From positions 73,884,696 to 73,948,695 of the forward strand of contig NC_068988.1 of the NCBI RefSeq assembly GCF_001194135.2: DNA of 64,000 nucleotides, given 5' to 3'. Positions 47,201 through 60,559 of this stretch are shown here, one piece after another. The stretch's first letter is position 1. Each line of letters opens with the position of its first letter. This DNA comes from Octopus bimaculoides (taxonomy: Eukaryota). The notes under the pieces were generated by a model. It saw only the letters and a program-made list of their open reading frames with translations. It had not been told where the DNA came from and made no database searches. The position numbers were made by a program, and so were the translations under genes.

Positions 47201-49361
47201 TGTCAGCGTTTAACATATTTTATGTTGGAGTCTAACAGAATGTATGGAAGTGAACTGAGATTATGTATGAATGCCATCAACTCTTATTTCAACTAACAGG
47301 TCCTGATATACTTCTCACTTACGAGACACATGTCCAGATCAAGAATACTTTTTATCAATGATTCCAGTGTACTATGACAACATTTATGTGTGAAAAGAAA
47401 AGTTGTTTTCCTGTAACGTACACAACAGCCATTAACATGTTCTGCATTTGAATCTGCAACTACTTATCAAGATTTATTTTTGCTTCACAGATACCAACAC
47501 TGATCAACAAATAGTTTGATGAAATTTTAAATCATATCTACTGGAAATTGTTTAGACATAAATAATCACGGAGCATCTGGCTAACAAGACACAACACATC
47601 AAAATACAGGTGTCCCAGATTCCCTAGAACATGCATGAGTTATATGAACACTTTCGCCTAGAAAGAAGTTTTCCTTTGACTCCCACAAGAACTATTAACA
47701 TATTTTGTTCTTGAATCAACCAAAACAAAAAATACATAAGCAAGTCCTCATTTCAGACTTTATACTGAAGTAATTTATTTTTGCTTGAAAGATATTACAC
47801 AGCCTATTTAATGCAGCCATTTAAGTTAAAGAAAAAGAAAGTGAAGAGACCATTTATCTTGTTCTTCAGATGTGGCTGTTAAAGCAACCTTCTTGGCAGA
47901 GGGGTAAGTGGGAAAAGAAGTCTAGATACACATTGGTATCAGTATGTATCAGCATTTTATCGGAGTAAAAAGTTTAGTGAAACCCTCCCCACTTGTCAGA
48001 AAGTTCTTGTTAATTACTTCCTCAATCAATCCAATGTTGCTCTTCTGAACAAAAGTGAAGTTGATAAAGGAAATATATGTGTGTGTGGCCATTGGTTATG
48101 TTTGGGTGTTTATTTTTGTTTTAGTCATTTTTTTTAGTAGTTTGTGGTTGTAAATGTGATTGTTCAAGATTTTCTTCTTGCAATGATGGAGTTGATGCTT
48201 TTGATGTGTGATTTTGTGATTGATTTTCTATTATGCTGTAATGTCTCATTGCCTTAAATTTGACACAGATTCAATTTAACATGTTCTGCATTTGAATCTA
48301 CAATTACTTATCAAGAATAAATATGCATCATTTCAGGTGTGAGTGTTCACTGTGCAAATGATTTATTTTTGCTTCATAGATACATTGATCAACTGTGTCA
48401 AATTCTGTCTCACTTGATTTCATCAGATCTTCATCTTCTGATGGGGCCTTTGCTTTCGTGAGGTCTGAGTCAGAAGAAAGAGATGGGTGTATGTTTGTTT
48501 TAGTGTTTTCACTAACTGTATAAGGAAAAAATTCTTTCGCTAGAATTGGTAGTAACAGTGGTGGGCATTTTGGTTTGATTTTCAGCACACGAAGCATTTG
48601 GGTTTTCAGCCCTCTATTAACACCGGCATCTGCTTGCTTTTCCAGAAAGAGAAAAAATTGTCTGTGAGTGACTTCCTCCAGGTCAACCAGTATCTGAAAT
48701 TCTCTAAGAATCCCAGTCCTGTTGGGTTGGGAGTGGTTTTTATATCCACAATCTCTCCATGCTACTCCAGTATGATTAAAGTTCTTGTCAGATTTCTATG
48801 AGCCAGCATGTTGCTGTTGTCATAATGGTAAGAAAAATTACTTAAATGTGTTAAATTTGTTTCAGCTCCAACATACCTACCTTTGATGTCATGGCTATGT
48901 TGGCACTCAAAAGTGGGTGGACAAAATGCTCTCTACCGCTGTGTTCCGACATTGTGTTTTTAATTTTAAAAAATCCCGAGGTGCAGGCATGACTGTGTGG
49001 TAAGAAGCTTGCTTCCTGTTATACTCTAAAGCCTCCAATATCGTAGTACGGTTGATATTGTCAACGATAGATAAAAAATACACAGTAACAGTGTTATAAC
49101 AATACAAAATAGAAACAGTGGCAGTAACAAACCCGCAACGAACCAACAATCAATATTTCCAACACACTAACTCGAAATGTAAACTGTACCTGAACTTTGA
49201 AGACCAAACTACGAATTGATTTCTTTTATTGAGCTTAATAAAGAGGTGACAATACACGAACAGATAATACAGTGGGGTACATAAAACATATAACGAACGA
49301 ATAAAATTTATGAATACAATAATGAAGAAATTGAAAATGAAATGTCTTACCTGCTCCCCAG

Positions 49362-49535
49362 TGGATGCGCAATGGCCCAGTGGTTAGGGTAGCGGACTCG
49401 TGGTCATAGGATCGCAGTTTCAATTCCCAGACTGGGCGTTGTAAGTGTTTATTGAGCGAAAACACCTAAAGCTCCACGAGGCTCCAGCAGGGGATGGTGG
49501 CGAACCCTGCTGTACTCTTTCACCACAACTTTCTG
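49362..49535 (+). mobile_element. tRNA-derived SINE family A, 5' half
   Basis: gcgcaatggcccagtggttagggtagcggact...agtttcaattccc...tcaccacaactttct. Confidence 0.85.
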
Positions 49536-49539
49536 CCAG

Positions 49540-52500
49540 TCACCCATTCTAGGTTTCCACCTGATCCATGGGCCTAAATCCTGCCGGAACATTAATTGCG
49601 GGAGAAAGAACTTTATGTGCGGTGACCACACCTGCTCACTATCCAGATAGAGCCACAGGTGTCTCAGCCTCAGCGCGAACTTTCACATCATCAGCCAAGG
49701 CATCCCTAGCCCAGCCTTTAATGGTTTTTGACAGCAGATAGAGCGCCTCACAAGTGGTCTTTCCCTCCACAAAAAGCAGAAGAGGAGTCGCTCCATCTTG
49801 CTCAGCTACAACCTAGGGCAAGGCACAATGGTCAGCCGGTAGGTTATCACAGATGCTATAAGCACCTGTGCAACCTGCACCTTACCTAGCAAAGATAACG
49901 CCCTTCCAGACCAGGTCTGGGTTAGGGGAGTCACCTTGCTTGTGACCTCGCTCCAGTTTTTCTCTATCTGGAGATTTGGTCTAAACCAGACCCCAAGCAA
50001 CTTAACCGGACTGTCTTTCCAACGCCCTTCAATGCTATTGGATGCATCAGCTTGCCCCTCCAGGTGCCGAGTTGCAAGCCGACTGATTTGTCCTGGTTAA
50101 TTTTTGCTCTTGCCACCACTTCGTATCATTTGATGGCGTTTTCTACATGAGGTAGCTGCTCTTCATCAGACACGATTATGGAGACATCATCTGCATACGC
50201 AATTGTTCCTCTCCCGTAGCATAGATCACGCAGATTACCCGCCGATGCCTCCAGCCTTCACAGTAATGGTTCAAGGGCACATACAAAAACGGGGACAGGA
50301 GGCAATCCTGGCGAACTGAACTTTCAATAACGAACGGTTTCGAAAACAAAAAACAAAATCTTCATGCGGACAATGTAATTGATGTCGCTATACATAGCGT
50401 TGATCCAACAATGGAAAGTCTGATCCAGTCCGGCCGCTGCCAGATACCGGTGGTCAACCCTATCGAATGCTTTAGTCTAATCTAAATTTACCAGTGCCCC
50501 ATCTTTGCCAGGAATTTTACCCACCCTCTTCAAGGTGTAGCGTATGAGGTGAAGGTTGTTATGTATCGTCCTGCCAGGGATGGCGCATGTTTGCACCTCT
50601 CCAACAAGATCACCACGACAAGTTGCTAAAACTTTTGGCCAAAATCTTTAACTCTGTATTCAACAGAGTTAAGGGCTGAAAATTACTAATAATTTCCCCC
50701 TTGCTCGGGTTCTTCCTGATCAGTGTCATCACTCCCCGGCTTGCAGGTTTGGGAATTCTCCCATTCTGCTGCCAGTTTGCATAGACACCGGCCAGTATGT
50801 CTCCGAACAAGTTTGGCATACTTTTAAAAATTCGTAGGATAGACCATCCAGTCGCGGCGACTTGTCCCCAGGGAACTCAGAAAGCACCTCTGTAACCTCC
50901 GCAGCCATGATCGATCCTTCAAGCACTCGCCCCAGAAATGTCAAGAGCCGCAGGCCATCAGCCAGAAATCCCAAAGGGCATCTCCATGGTCCAGCGCCTC
51001 GCTTCCCCCGAACATCTCGGCGAAGTGCTTGTAAAAGACCTCACATATCTCCTCCTATCCTTTGACCAAACGTCCATGTTCATCGACCAAAGACTTAATC
51101 GTGGCATCGATGCCATGCTGAGTTTCTACCGTGCGAGCCCACCCGGCAACGTTGATACCCTCACACCCCAATGCACATACTTTAGCCCGAATCCTGCATC
51201 CTTTGTGTTTAGCTTTGAGGTGTTGGTCTAAAGCCAATCTCGCTGCCAAAACTTGGGGCGCAGAGCCCACTCTCAACACCTTTTCTAAGGCTTTAACTAA
51301 TTGCCCTTCTACTCTAGTCTTCTCTAGATTTAACTCTTCGCTAAATCTAATCGACTCAAATCCAATGGCTCGTTTGAGGGCAAACCACCACCGGTTATTT
51401 AATATGGTGCCAGTTAATGCCTGCACCACTAACTCCTTAATCTGTCTACTGTGTGCTTCACAAGTCAAAATAGACTTGTTTAGCTTTCAGTAGCTGGATC
51501 CTTGTCTATGTACCTTATCTATGTGTAACCTACACGTCACTAATTTGTGATCCGTGTAGGACACCAAAGAAAACTGTGGACAGCTAAAACTAGTCTCATC
51601 TCTAGTATTAACTATTATCCTATCTATGTATGACCTGACTGATCCGTTGTCGTTACTTCAGGTCCACACTGGAACGTTCAGATAGTCAAGTCTATATCAA
51701 CTTGCCAGCCTAAAACGCTTAAGCAGATCGATGAGGCGTGAGTTTCCTCTCCTAGCAGTTGAGCCCACGCTATCCTGACGTGCATCCAGAACAGCGTTGA
51801 AATCTCCTAGCAAAACTAATGCCTTAGACATCACGAGAAAATTCTCTAGGCATTGATAGAAATCAGGCTGTTTGCCTGGCGTATAAATACCGATCAACTT
51901 GAAGGCCTTACTACTGAATGTCAAATCGAGAACGATCAACTTACCTTCAGGCTTCACAAAGATAGTACGTGTCTACAGAGCCAAGTTTTTTCAGAACAAA
52001 ACTACAACGCCTCCACGGCCTCCGGTCTGACTAGGAGACATAATTTTCTCATAGCCATTCAGGAGAGCCGAAAAGGCCTGCAGTTTGTCCAGCTTGGTCT
52101 CTGTGGCGACCATCACATCTATTCTATGTGACTTGAGGTTGTCGAGGAAACAGGCTTGCTTCCACTTCGAATTCAGGTCACGCACATTTAAACAACTTAG
52201 GCTAAGTACAGCCATGTCGGAATGAAAAAGGAAGAAGAGGGTTACCTGCCCTTCGTAAAGGTGTAGGGGAATCAACTTCAGAGTTTCTGAGGTTTCCTCC
52301 TCATCTTTCTTCTCTCTCTCCTCATCGATACCCATGGGTTTAACTGGAGGGTCAATTAATTTTGGTAAGGATTATAAATTCATGATATCATTTGGATGTC
52401 TTATTTATAAGGTTTTAAATAAGTTCAATGCAATTTTTCCATATGTATAAACATTGACGTTTATGAAAATTTTAAAATTATGGTGGGGCTTAATCACTCC

Positions 52501-53697
52501 ATCCAAGTATGTTTTTAGTTAAGTATTTCACAAATACTGTCACCGATTCAAACTGGCTGCATCTCCAGTTCAACAACCGTAGGTTCACTTTAGACCGAAG
52601 TCACATCTTCATCTACTTTTTGGGGGGATGTGTGGGGTCCCCCTCCTGGTTCTTTTTAGCTTCAGTGTTTTGTTCTTTGTTTTCCTCATTGGGAGGCAAG
52701 ACTCAGCCCTTTTTTTCCGCACTTAAAGCACTGAGGGTTCCTCCCTTCAACATTAACTTTTAGTACTGTTTCTCCTATGAATATCCTATTGGGTACATTT
52801 TCTAGGTCGCTGGGTGTGGCTTGTACCAACATCTCGATGCTCTGTAACAACCAATTTGTGGGGGGGGGCATCTCACCAGTAGTATTTCAATTTTCTCTTC
52901 TCGCTGGTACATTGGAGCGGCCACAACCCAAGTGACCTCTATCTGGGGAGGCACTCCTAAAATTTTTATTTCGGATGTTCTTCGTCCCAGATATAGCGTC
53001 AGGAGTGCTAATTCCTCGTTTTTAAGTGTTTTGGCCAAGTGCTCCCTGACCTTTTCAGTGCTTTTGAAACTCACCTCTACTATTGCGTATTTTGGTCCTC
53101 GGGCCAGATATATAATATCTCCCCATATCTGCTCGAGGCACTTTTCAATTTCTTTCTCCTAAAATTTGGCAATTTTATGATTTTTTAGGTCATGTCTTGT
53201 AGATTATCGTTCTGCTCTGTTTTGCTTAGTATTTCACTTGGAGGAGTTATTTTTACGTCTCTCCCATTGACGTTTAACATTCTGTAAAACACTTGTATCT
53301 CTGCAAATTTTATTACGTTGGTTACAATGTTTCTTTTGCTCTCATCGAACGGCATAACTTCATTGATGATGTTCACAGCCATCATACAAATATTATTTTT
53401 TGAGAAAATAATCCACAAATGAAAATATATATTTTTTTCTGACAAGAGAAAAAATTAAATTTTCTCTCACAAGAGAAAAACAAACAAAAAGTTCACACAG
53501 AATATTCAAATCCACCCCACCTCAGGGGGAGGAAAACAGTTCAACAAATCAAAACTTTTTTAACAGTTCCCCTACAGGAACAAAAACAAATTTAACAACA
53601 GAGCAACAAAGCAAAACAAGTACTTATCGCAACAGCAGAAGCAGAAAAAGCACACATAAATCCAAACTCCGGACTGCCGACTACGTCAGACTGCTAC
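49540..53697 (-). mobile_element. Tx1/L1-clade LINE with 5'UTR, ORF1, EN and RT, 3'-truncated and decayed
   Basis: ORF1 with CFKCGKKG knuckle. APE motifs CLNVRDLN, TETKL and LGDFNAV. RT motifs KSPRLDGL, NFQPLTLLN and AYADDV. Confidence 0.92.
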
Positions 53698-53827
53698 TAT
53701 TTATATGTAATGGTCCCTTCTATTCTCATCAGAGTACTCTCTCCACACTTCCCAACCATACGGTGTCTTTTTTTAGCCTTGTGAGTGGATTCGGTAGGCG
53801 GAAACTAAAAGAAAACCTTTGTGTGTG

Positions 53828-54785
53828 TATATATATATAAAATAGACCTGTGTGTGTGTGTGTACGCTTTTCACGCAAAAACGGCTGCGCGAATTGGTTC
53901 CATACTTAGGGTTTATGAATAATTTGACCTAGGATACAATAATATGGTCAACTTCTGGTACTGACGTAGCAACTGCGGCTAGCTAGACACACACATGTAT
54001 GTCTGACGTAGCAACTCCTCTTCCTTCTTCACTCTCTCACTTACCTCTCTTCCTTCATCACTCAATAACTCAACTTCATTCAATTTTACAAATATCTATT
54101 TTTAATATTTGAGAGGCGTGTTCCCTATCTCACTGTACTTCCTCTCTTTCGATCCCTTACTCTATCATTCTCTCTTCATTCTGCCTAGCATTTACCGTTG
54201 TAACGATTTCTGGTATCAAAAAAATTACTACAGCTATTTTCATTGCTTACAATCTACTGTACTGGTGTATTTGTGTATCAGTAAATAACCATGCCCAGAA
54301 TGAAGGTGTGAAATTTGTCTCCAGTGTCAAGGTCAGCCAAAAGAATATCTCTGTCGAGGGAAAGAGAGACAGCTGAAAAATACCAAGAAAGAAACAGACT
54401 GTGCACTACAGCAGTCAGAACATCTGAGAATGATGAGACGAGTGGTGAATAAAAATAAAATAAAAAGTTGCGTACCGGTGCTGCCCAAGTGCCCGAGCAT
54501 TTCAAAGTGCTGAGCAGAGGTATGCACACTTGACAAGGAATAGGATCTCTACTGCAAAAGGAAGAGCAGTCACAACAGCTCAGAGAAGCAACTCTCTATG
54601 AAATAACTTTCAACTATGATCCAGCAGTTAATTATGCAGATGACACTAAAGTTTCTATTGGTGCAATGACAACTGATTGCATACACTATAAAGCAAGGAA
54701 GTGGCCTGGAGAGACACCTGGGCTGTGCTGCTGCGATGGAAAGGTTAAACTCACTGCAATACCCCAACCTCCAGAGCTATGAATA
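53828..54785 (+). mobile_element. Helitron 5' portion with Rep N-terminal remnant
   Basis: tatatataaaatagac start. Translation IGAMTTDCIHYKARKWPGETPGLCCCDGKVKL at about 54655-54755 matches the Helitron Rep N-terminal pattern. Confidence 0.7.
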
Positions 54786-54884
54786 ATATGTGCATGTAAC
54801 ATACAGAAGTGTAAAACTATTGAGTGTTAAGGCTATGAGTTTATAACTCAAGTGAAACTGGGTCCTTCTGCTTGTATATATGAA

Positions 54885-55075
54885 TATAGACAACCAATGC
54901 TGGTGTGTTTATGTCCATGTAACTTAGTGGTCTGGCAAAAGAGACTGATAGAATAAGTACTAGGCTTATAAAGAATAAATTCTGGGGTCGATTTCTTTGA
55001 CTAAACCCTTTAAGGCGGTGCTCCAGCATAGCTGCAGTCAAATAACTGAAACAATCAAAAGAATATCTTTGTTTT
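54885..55075 (+). mobile_element. SINE-like repeat family C
   Basis: Reverse complement of 7081-7266. Confidence 0.75.
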
Positions 55076-55279
55076 TACAAGAAATCCAAAATAAATATTA
55101 ATGAGTTGCACCCACAAAAGAGTGTGCAATTCAACAGAAACATTACCACTATGATGCAAACAGTGTCTAGAATAAAGTTAGCACAAAATAAATTACTGTA
55201 CTGACCAGCTGAAACTATTGATAAAACTCTCAAAACTAATAGTGTTCCAAGTTGCCGTGTCTTGACAGTAAGGCAATAA

Positions 55280-55465
55280 CAATAATAATACTCTTTTCTG
55301 CTATAGGTACAAGGCCTGAAATTTTGGGGCAGGGGGAAAGTCAACCACATCAACCCCAATACTTGACTGGTACTTAATTTATTGACCCCAAAAGGATGAA
55401 AAGCAAAGTTGAACTCAAAATGCCACTAAACATTTTGCCTGGCCTGCTAATGGTTCTGCCATATT
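55280..55465 (-). mobile_element. CORE-domain SINE
   Basis: Matches 63172-63406 (actttgcttttcatcctttt...taagtaccagtcaagta.tgggg). Confidence 0.75.
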
Positions 55466-55499
55466 AGTAATAGTAACAATGATAACAGTTAATAATAAT

Positions 55500-57040
55500 A
55501 ATAATAATCCTTTCTTTATTAACCACTGAGGGTTCATATAAAAGATTGGGGACGATAAAGGATAATACAAAACAAGTGGGATTGGAATGTGTAAATAAAG
55601 AAAAACAATAAAAGTTATAACAATTAAATCGCCAAAAGAGGGAGACTTCCAAAGGCTGCACGTAGAAACCCCACAAAAACTACAACCACCCTGACCTCTC
55701 CTCCTTCTACCCTTGATCTCGAGCCATATGCTTAGAGTACGCCTGTTCACTTGGCCTATTCGTGCTACATTCACCCACCTTTTGACAAGCTGGGAGGCAG
55801 CACTTCCCTCTCTACTCTCACTTTCCTTTTCAAGTGGAACTTGAAAAAGTTGATGAGGGCTTGGTCAAAGAGGAAAGTGTCTGTTTTCAGCCCTTTCAAC
55901 ATTTGTCCACCACACAACCTCTTTTGCTAAGGCCACCAGTCACAAGTGCCTAAGACATTGAGGAATATGAAATCTTTATTACAAGAAATTAAAAATAAAT
56001 ATGAGTTGCACAAAAGGTGGACTTTACATTGGTCAAAAGGAGGAACAACGAGAATATAGAAATAGAACTCAGAATCAAAATAGAAACAGAATCCCCAATA
56101 GTGGGACAGTCCACATAGGATAATTCATGGAAAACTCCACACAAAAAGTCCTGGATTATTCTGGCATCAGAAATATCATCTTCCTGTTTCTTTCCACCTA
56201 TTTTGAAAAGCATAATCAGAGTAGGCCCATCCAGCTCACCAGTCATACCAATATCTTCTACTTTTCGATAAACATACTAGAAAGCAGTAACTCCCTCTCT
56301 ACTTTCACTTTCCTTTTCAAATTATATTTGAAGAAATTAAAGAGAGCTTGGCCAAATAAGAAAGAACTTATCTTCAAACCTTTCAGATGGGTCCATCATA
56401 CATTCTTCTTCACTAAGCTCCCTTCTCTGCTAAACGAAGGTGATGCGTTGATCTTCACTATACATTCGGCAGGCAGCTGAATTCATCTCACACAAGATAG
56501 TAGCTGTCAGACACAAGCCTGTAAGTTGCTAATGCACAAATGCTGAAAGATTCATGTAGGAATGCATCTCAGACAGGTTTGGCTGTTGATATTTGAAAGT
56601 CTGAAAAGCTTGTCTCGAACAGCTAATACTCCTTGAAGCACTGGAATTGGAAGATGTCCATTGTCTTCAACCTGAGATTCCTTCAGAATGAATAGACTGT
56701 TCTCATTGATGCCCAGAGTCAATAATCACAGGCCATTGTTGCTCATCCCTTAACTAACCCTCTACAGATATCTTGAGTTGTTTTTCTGGCTGGTACAATG
56801 CTGTAAGTGCCTGGCAACATTCTAGATGCCAAACAGCCAATCTTGGTCCACACTTGACCTTTGATTGTAGCTTGTTCAAGAAGATGAGCTGCGGAAAGAC
56901 GTGTCATATGAAAGATGCCCACTGTTTGCCTTTGTTTTCTTTGTTGACATTGGAGTAATCTAGATATTTCCACAGATTGTGTCAGCCACAGAGCATACAG
57001 ATGCATCATCACGAATGGCATCCCAAGATCATAATCACAA
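55500..57040 (-). mobile_element. Two tandem Tx1/L1 3'-end fragments
   Basis: QALINFFKFHLKRKVRVERE at about 55810-55865 and GQALFNFFKYNLKRKVKVERE at about 56290-56355 match the ORF at 63584-63805. A CLRC zinc-finger remnant lies near 56570. Confidence 0.7.
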
Positions 57041-57099
57041 CACACACCACCCTAATAGTAATATCGACAGACTCTACCTACCAAGAAAGGAACGAGGTA

Positions 57100-57745
57100 G
57101 AGGATTACTAAATGCTTTTTCATCATTAGTATTATGATAGTGGGGTTGAAACACTATGTTGCTCAGAGTAAGGAAATAATACTACTGGCTGCAAGAGATG
57201 CCCAGAAAGCTACTGAAACAGTAGAATTCAAGGAAAGAAGGGAGAACAACAGAACAAGCAGAAGGAAAGAAATGAAATTACTTGGCCAATTCATGCAATA
57301 CAAAGACAATGTTGGATGCAATGAACACTGACACAGGCTGACATAAGGGAATCTGAAAAGAGAGACCAAACAAAACGCTAATCATAGTCACTCAGGAAGA
57401 AGCAATTAGAACAAATCTGAAGGCAGAGATACACAAAGCTCAGGCAGCAAATGTAGAATCTGTAGGAAAAGAGACAAGTAAACTAGCACTAAAAGAGTAT
57501 GAGCACCAGCATACTGTGTAGGTGTGGCTTCAAAACAACAGGAAAATGGTATGAACACAAACTAGAAGTTGTGAAAGAAAATGAGAATTATATGATCTTA
57601 TGAGACTTCTCCATAAAGACTGATCATATTACTAAGACCAGATATGATTATAGTAGACAAAATACACAAACAATGTAAGATCGTGGACTTTGCAATTCCC
57701 TATGATAGCAGAGTTGATACAAGAGAAACTGAAGAAATAACAGGT
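57100..57745 (+). mobile_element. R4/Dong-like retrotransposon C-terminus with restriction-like endonuclease remnant
   Basis: LLGQF, LKRET...QEEAIRTN, CRIC, ENENYMIL*DF.IKTD..PD.IIVDK..IVDFAIPYD. Confidence 0.7.
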
Positions 57746-58794
57746 TTTTTAATAACAAATATATTTATTTTTAGAAACAGAATAGAAAAAGGATTTTTTT
57801 CATATGTTGTAGTTACTTAAGGGTCAGATTTACCCTCATCAAACAGATCTATAATCAAAGGCATTCCATCTTTTATTCTGATAGTAGGGTGTGGTCTGAG
57901 GGAGATTTGGTCACTGCACCTAGCTGATCAGATGGAAAGGACCTTCCTTTGGAGACATTTTCATACTGTTTAGGTCTGAGCACTTTTGGCAATTTGATCC
58001 TTTAAAATAAGAATACTCTGTCTCTGTTCAGGTGGTAACATAGAAATTTGTTGATCTGTTAGTTGCAGCACTTGCATTATCAGAGCAGCCTGCAATAAAA
58101 AAAAAAAAATTAAAAAAAAAAAAAATTGATATGAATATTCAAAATTTAAAATATTCTAAAACTGAATTTGTTTAGATTTAAATATCAGTGATGAAATTCT
58201 TTTTCTTTAAAAGAGTCATTTATTACATAAAACTGTATAAATTAATGAAAAAGATGTCAGTCAATATTAACTTACAGTCCGTAGAAGGTTTAAAAAACAA
58301 CTTTTAGGAACAATAGTGGTTTATTAATGTAGAAGGTTGTAAATTTTTCCCATATCAAAGTTCAATAAGCTGAAAAAATTGTTTTATAGTTTACAGTAAG
58401 CAGCTGGGGTTGCTGTGTATGCAAATAAAAATGCAAAATTAGGGAATGGAGTGGATAAAATCCAGGCAACGTATGTTTCATAACTAGCGAAACCTCAGAA
58501 GCAGTAATTGCCCGAAGTGAGAGATAATCTGCTAGCTACTTGTTGGGCCAAAGATATCTTAATCAAATGAATGTTTGATTAAGCTTTAGCCTGATAAGTA
58601 GCTTGAAGATTAGCCCTCATTTAGGCAATTACTACTTCCAACTTCCAAGGTTCTGCTAGCTATGAAACATTTGTAGCTTGGATTGTGTCAATTCCATTTC
58701 CTAATTTTATATATATATATATATATATGTAAATATATAAAAATAAAAAGATAAAGAGAGCAATGGTAAGGTTGGAGAAGTATTTTATGGATAG

Positions 58795-58846
58795 AGTCTT
58801 ACAGCTGTTTCTGGGAAGATCCAGTACTTCCCTTCATCGGAGACAG
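58795..58846 (-). ncRNA. Hammerhead-like motif with core deviations (probable Penelope-type end)
   Basis: Minus strand gtct CCGATGA a-gggaag-tactggat-cttccc-a GAAAC agct GTA agac. Confidence 0.5.
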
Positions 58847-60278
58847 AAAAAATAAAGTAATCTATTATTATATCCATAGGCGGATATTTTTAGTATGAAG
58901 TGGTAAAGAGTGCGATGCGCTGAAAAAAGAGAGAACAGTACTTGAAGTGTAGTTTCATTCCAGTAGTAAATATCCGTGTAGAAATCCGTGTAAAGTAATC
59001 NNNNNNNNNNTGTAGTATATAGGTGGTGGGGGTATGAGTGATAAACCAAGGACAGAGATAAAGGGAGAGATGGGTGGGAAAGGTAGTTAATAGTATCATA
59101 TTCAAGAATGCAGCCAAACCTATTTATAGATGGTGGAAGGGGATTGAGAGAAACAACGTAGTCTGTATGCGTTGGTGGTGTAGTTGTGAATTAGAGAGTA
59201 GAAGAAATAGATTTGGGGGTATATATATGTGGTGATATGATCGAAAGAAAATAATCCTATTCAAAAGATAGTAAAAGATGGATGTTTTTGCCAGGTTGAA
59301 TAGGTTGCCTGTTGGGGGTCGTGTAATTATGTTGCGTGATTGTTTGTGCAATTTTGCTTGTGATAGAACTTAAATGTGTGGAAAGAGCGGTGATTGCAGT
59401 TGCTAATGCTTCGTTATATTGATTAAGTAGAGTGGGAGAATTGTATTTTAAAATATGGAACGCCTCCGTTAGGCAAAGCTTGCAGTTGGAGCGCTGGCCC
59501 TGGTATGGAGTTCCAGAATCTAAGATNNNNNNNNNNNNNNNNNNNNNNNNNNNNNNNNNNNNNNNNNNNNNNNNNNNNNNNNNNNNNNNNNNNNNNNNNN
59601 NNNNNNNNNNNNNNNNNNNNNNNNNNNNNNNNNNNNNNNNNNNNNNNNNNNNNNNNNNNNNNNNNNNNNNNNNNNNNNNNNNNNNNNNNNNNNNNNNNNN
59701 NNNNNNNNNNNNNNNNNNNNNNNNNNNNNNNNNNNNNNNNNNNNNNNNNNNNNNNNNNNNNNNNNNNNNNNNNNNNNNNNNNNNNNNNNNNNNNNNNNNN
59801 NNNNNNNNNNNNNNNNNNNNNNNNNNNNNNNNNNNNNNNNNNNNNNNNNNNNNNNNNNNNNNNNNNNNNNNNNNNNNNNNNNNNNNNNNNNNNNNNNNNN
59901 NNNNNNNNNNNNNNNNNNNNNNNNNNNNNNNNNNNNNNNNNNNNNNNNNNNNNNNNNNNNNNNNNNNNNNNNNNNNNNNNNNNNNNNNNNNNNNNNNNNN
60001 NNNNNNNNNNNNNNNNNNNNNNNNNNNNNNNNNNNNNNNNNNNNNNNNNNNNNNNNNNNNNNNNNNNNNNNNNNNNNNNNNNNNNNNNNNNNNNNNNNNN
60101 NNNNNNNNNNNNNNNNNNNNNNNNNNNNNNNNNNNNNNNNNNNNNNNNNNNNNNNNNNNNNNNNNNNNNNNNNNNNNNNNNNNNNNNNNNNNNNNNNNNN
60201 NNNNNNNNNNNNNNNNNNNNNNNNNNNNNNNNNNNNNNNNNNNNNNNNNNNNNNNNNNNNNNNNNNNNNNNNNNNNNN

Positions 60279-60552
60279 CAGTTCAGGGGCACCAGCAACG
60301 ATCTTGCTCGAAGAAATTTCATGTGTAACCAGCACAAGAGCCAGTCCAGGGGCACTAGCAACGATCTCGCTCGAAAAACCTCATGTGTCACCCACACAAG
60401 AGCCAGCCCAGGGGCACCGGCAACGATCCCGCTCGGAAGATTTCATGTGTCGCCCGCACATGAGCCAATCCAGGGGCACTGGCAACGATCCCGCTTGAAA
60501 GACTTCATGTGTCGCCCGCACATGAGCCAGTCCAGGGGCACTGGCAACGATC
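60279..60552. repeat. GC-rich 62-bp minisatellite (4.4 visible units, continues into gap)
   Basis: Units start at 60279, 60342, 60404, 60466 and 60528 (cagtccaggggcactggcaacgatc...). Confidence 0.92.
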
Positions 60553-60559
60553 TGTCATA

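Larger units (their letters stand above)
780..60278. other. Assembly gaps: 780-1314, 2256-2942, 4334-5289, 7331-8025, 19725-20533, 22043-22547, 23662-24308, 26698-27054, 29147-29636, 34077-34086, 41725-41810, 59001-59010, 59527-60278
   Basis: Runs of N, mostly abutting microsatellites or young repeats. Confidence 0.99.

Noticed and set aside
48328-48597. 89-aa ORF as a host exon
   Set aside because: No recognisable domain or reliable splice sites, so it is kept only as a low-interest note.
49362-49440. tRNA gene (also 6620-6697, 31180-31253)
   Set aside because: A/B boxes are present but continue into SINE bodies and lack a proper acceptor stem.
52345-52505. AT-rich insert between Tx1 ORF1 and ORF2 as a distinct MITE
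   Set aside because: No convincing TIR or TSD could be read.
60279-60552. CRISPR interpretation of the 62-bp array
   Set aside because: The whole unit is repeated, with no unique spacers.
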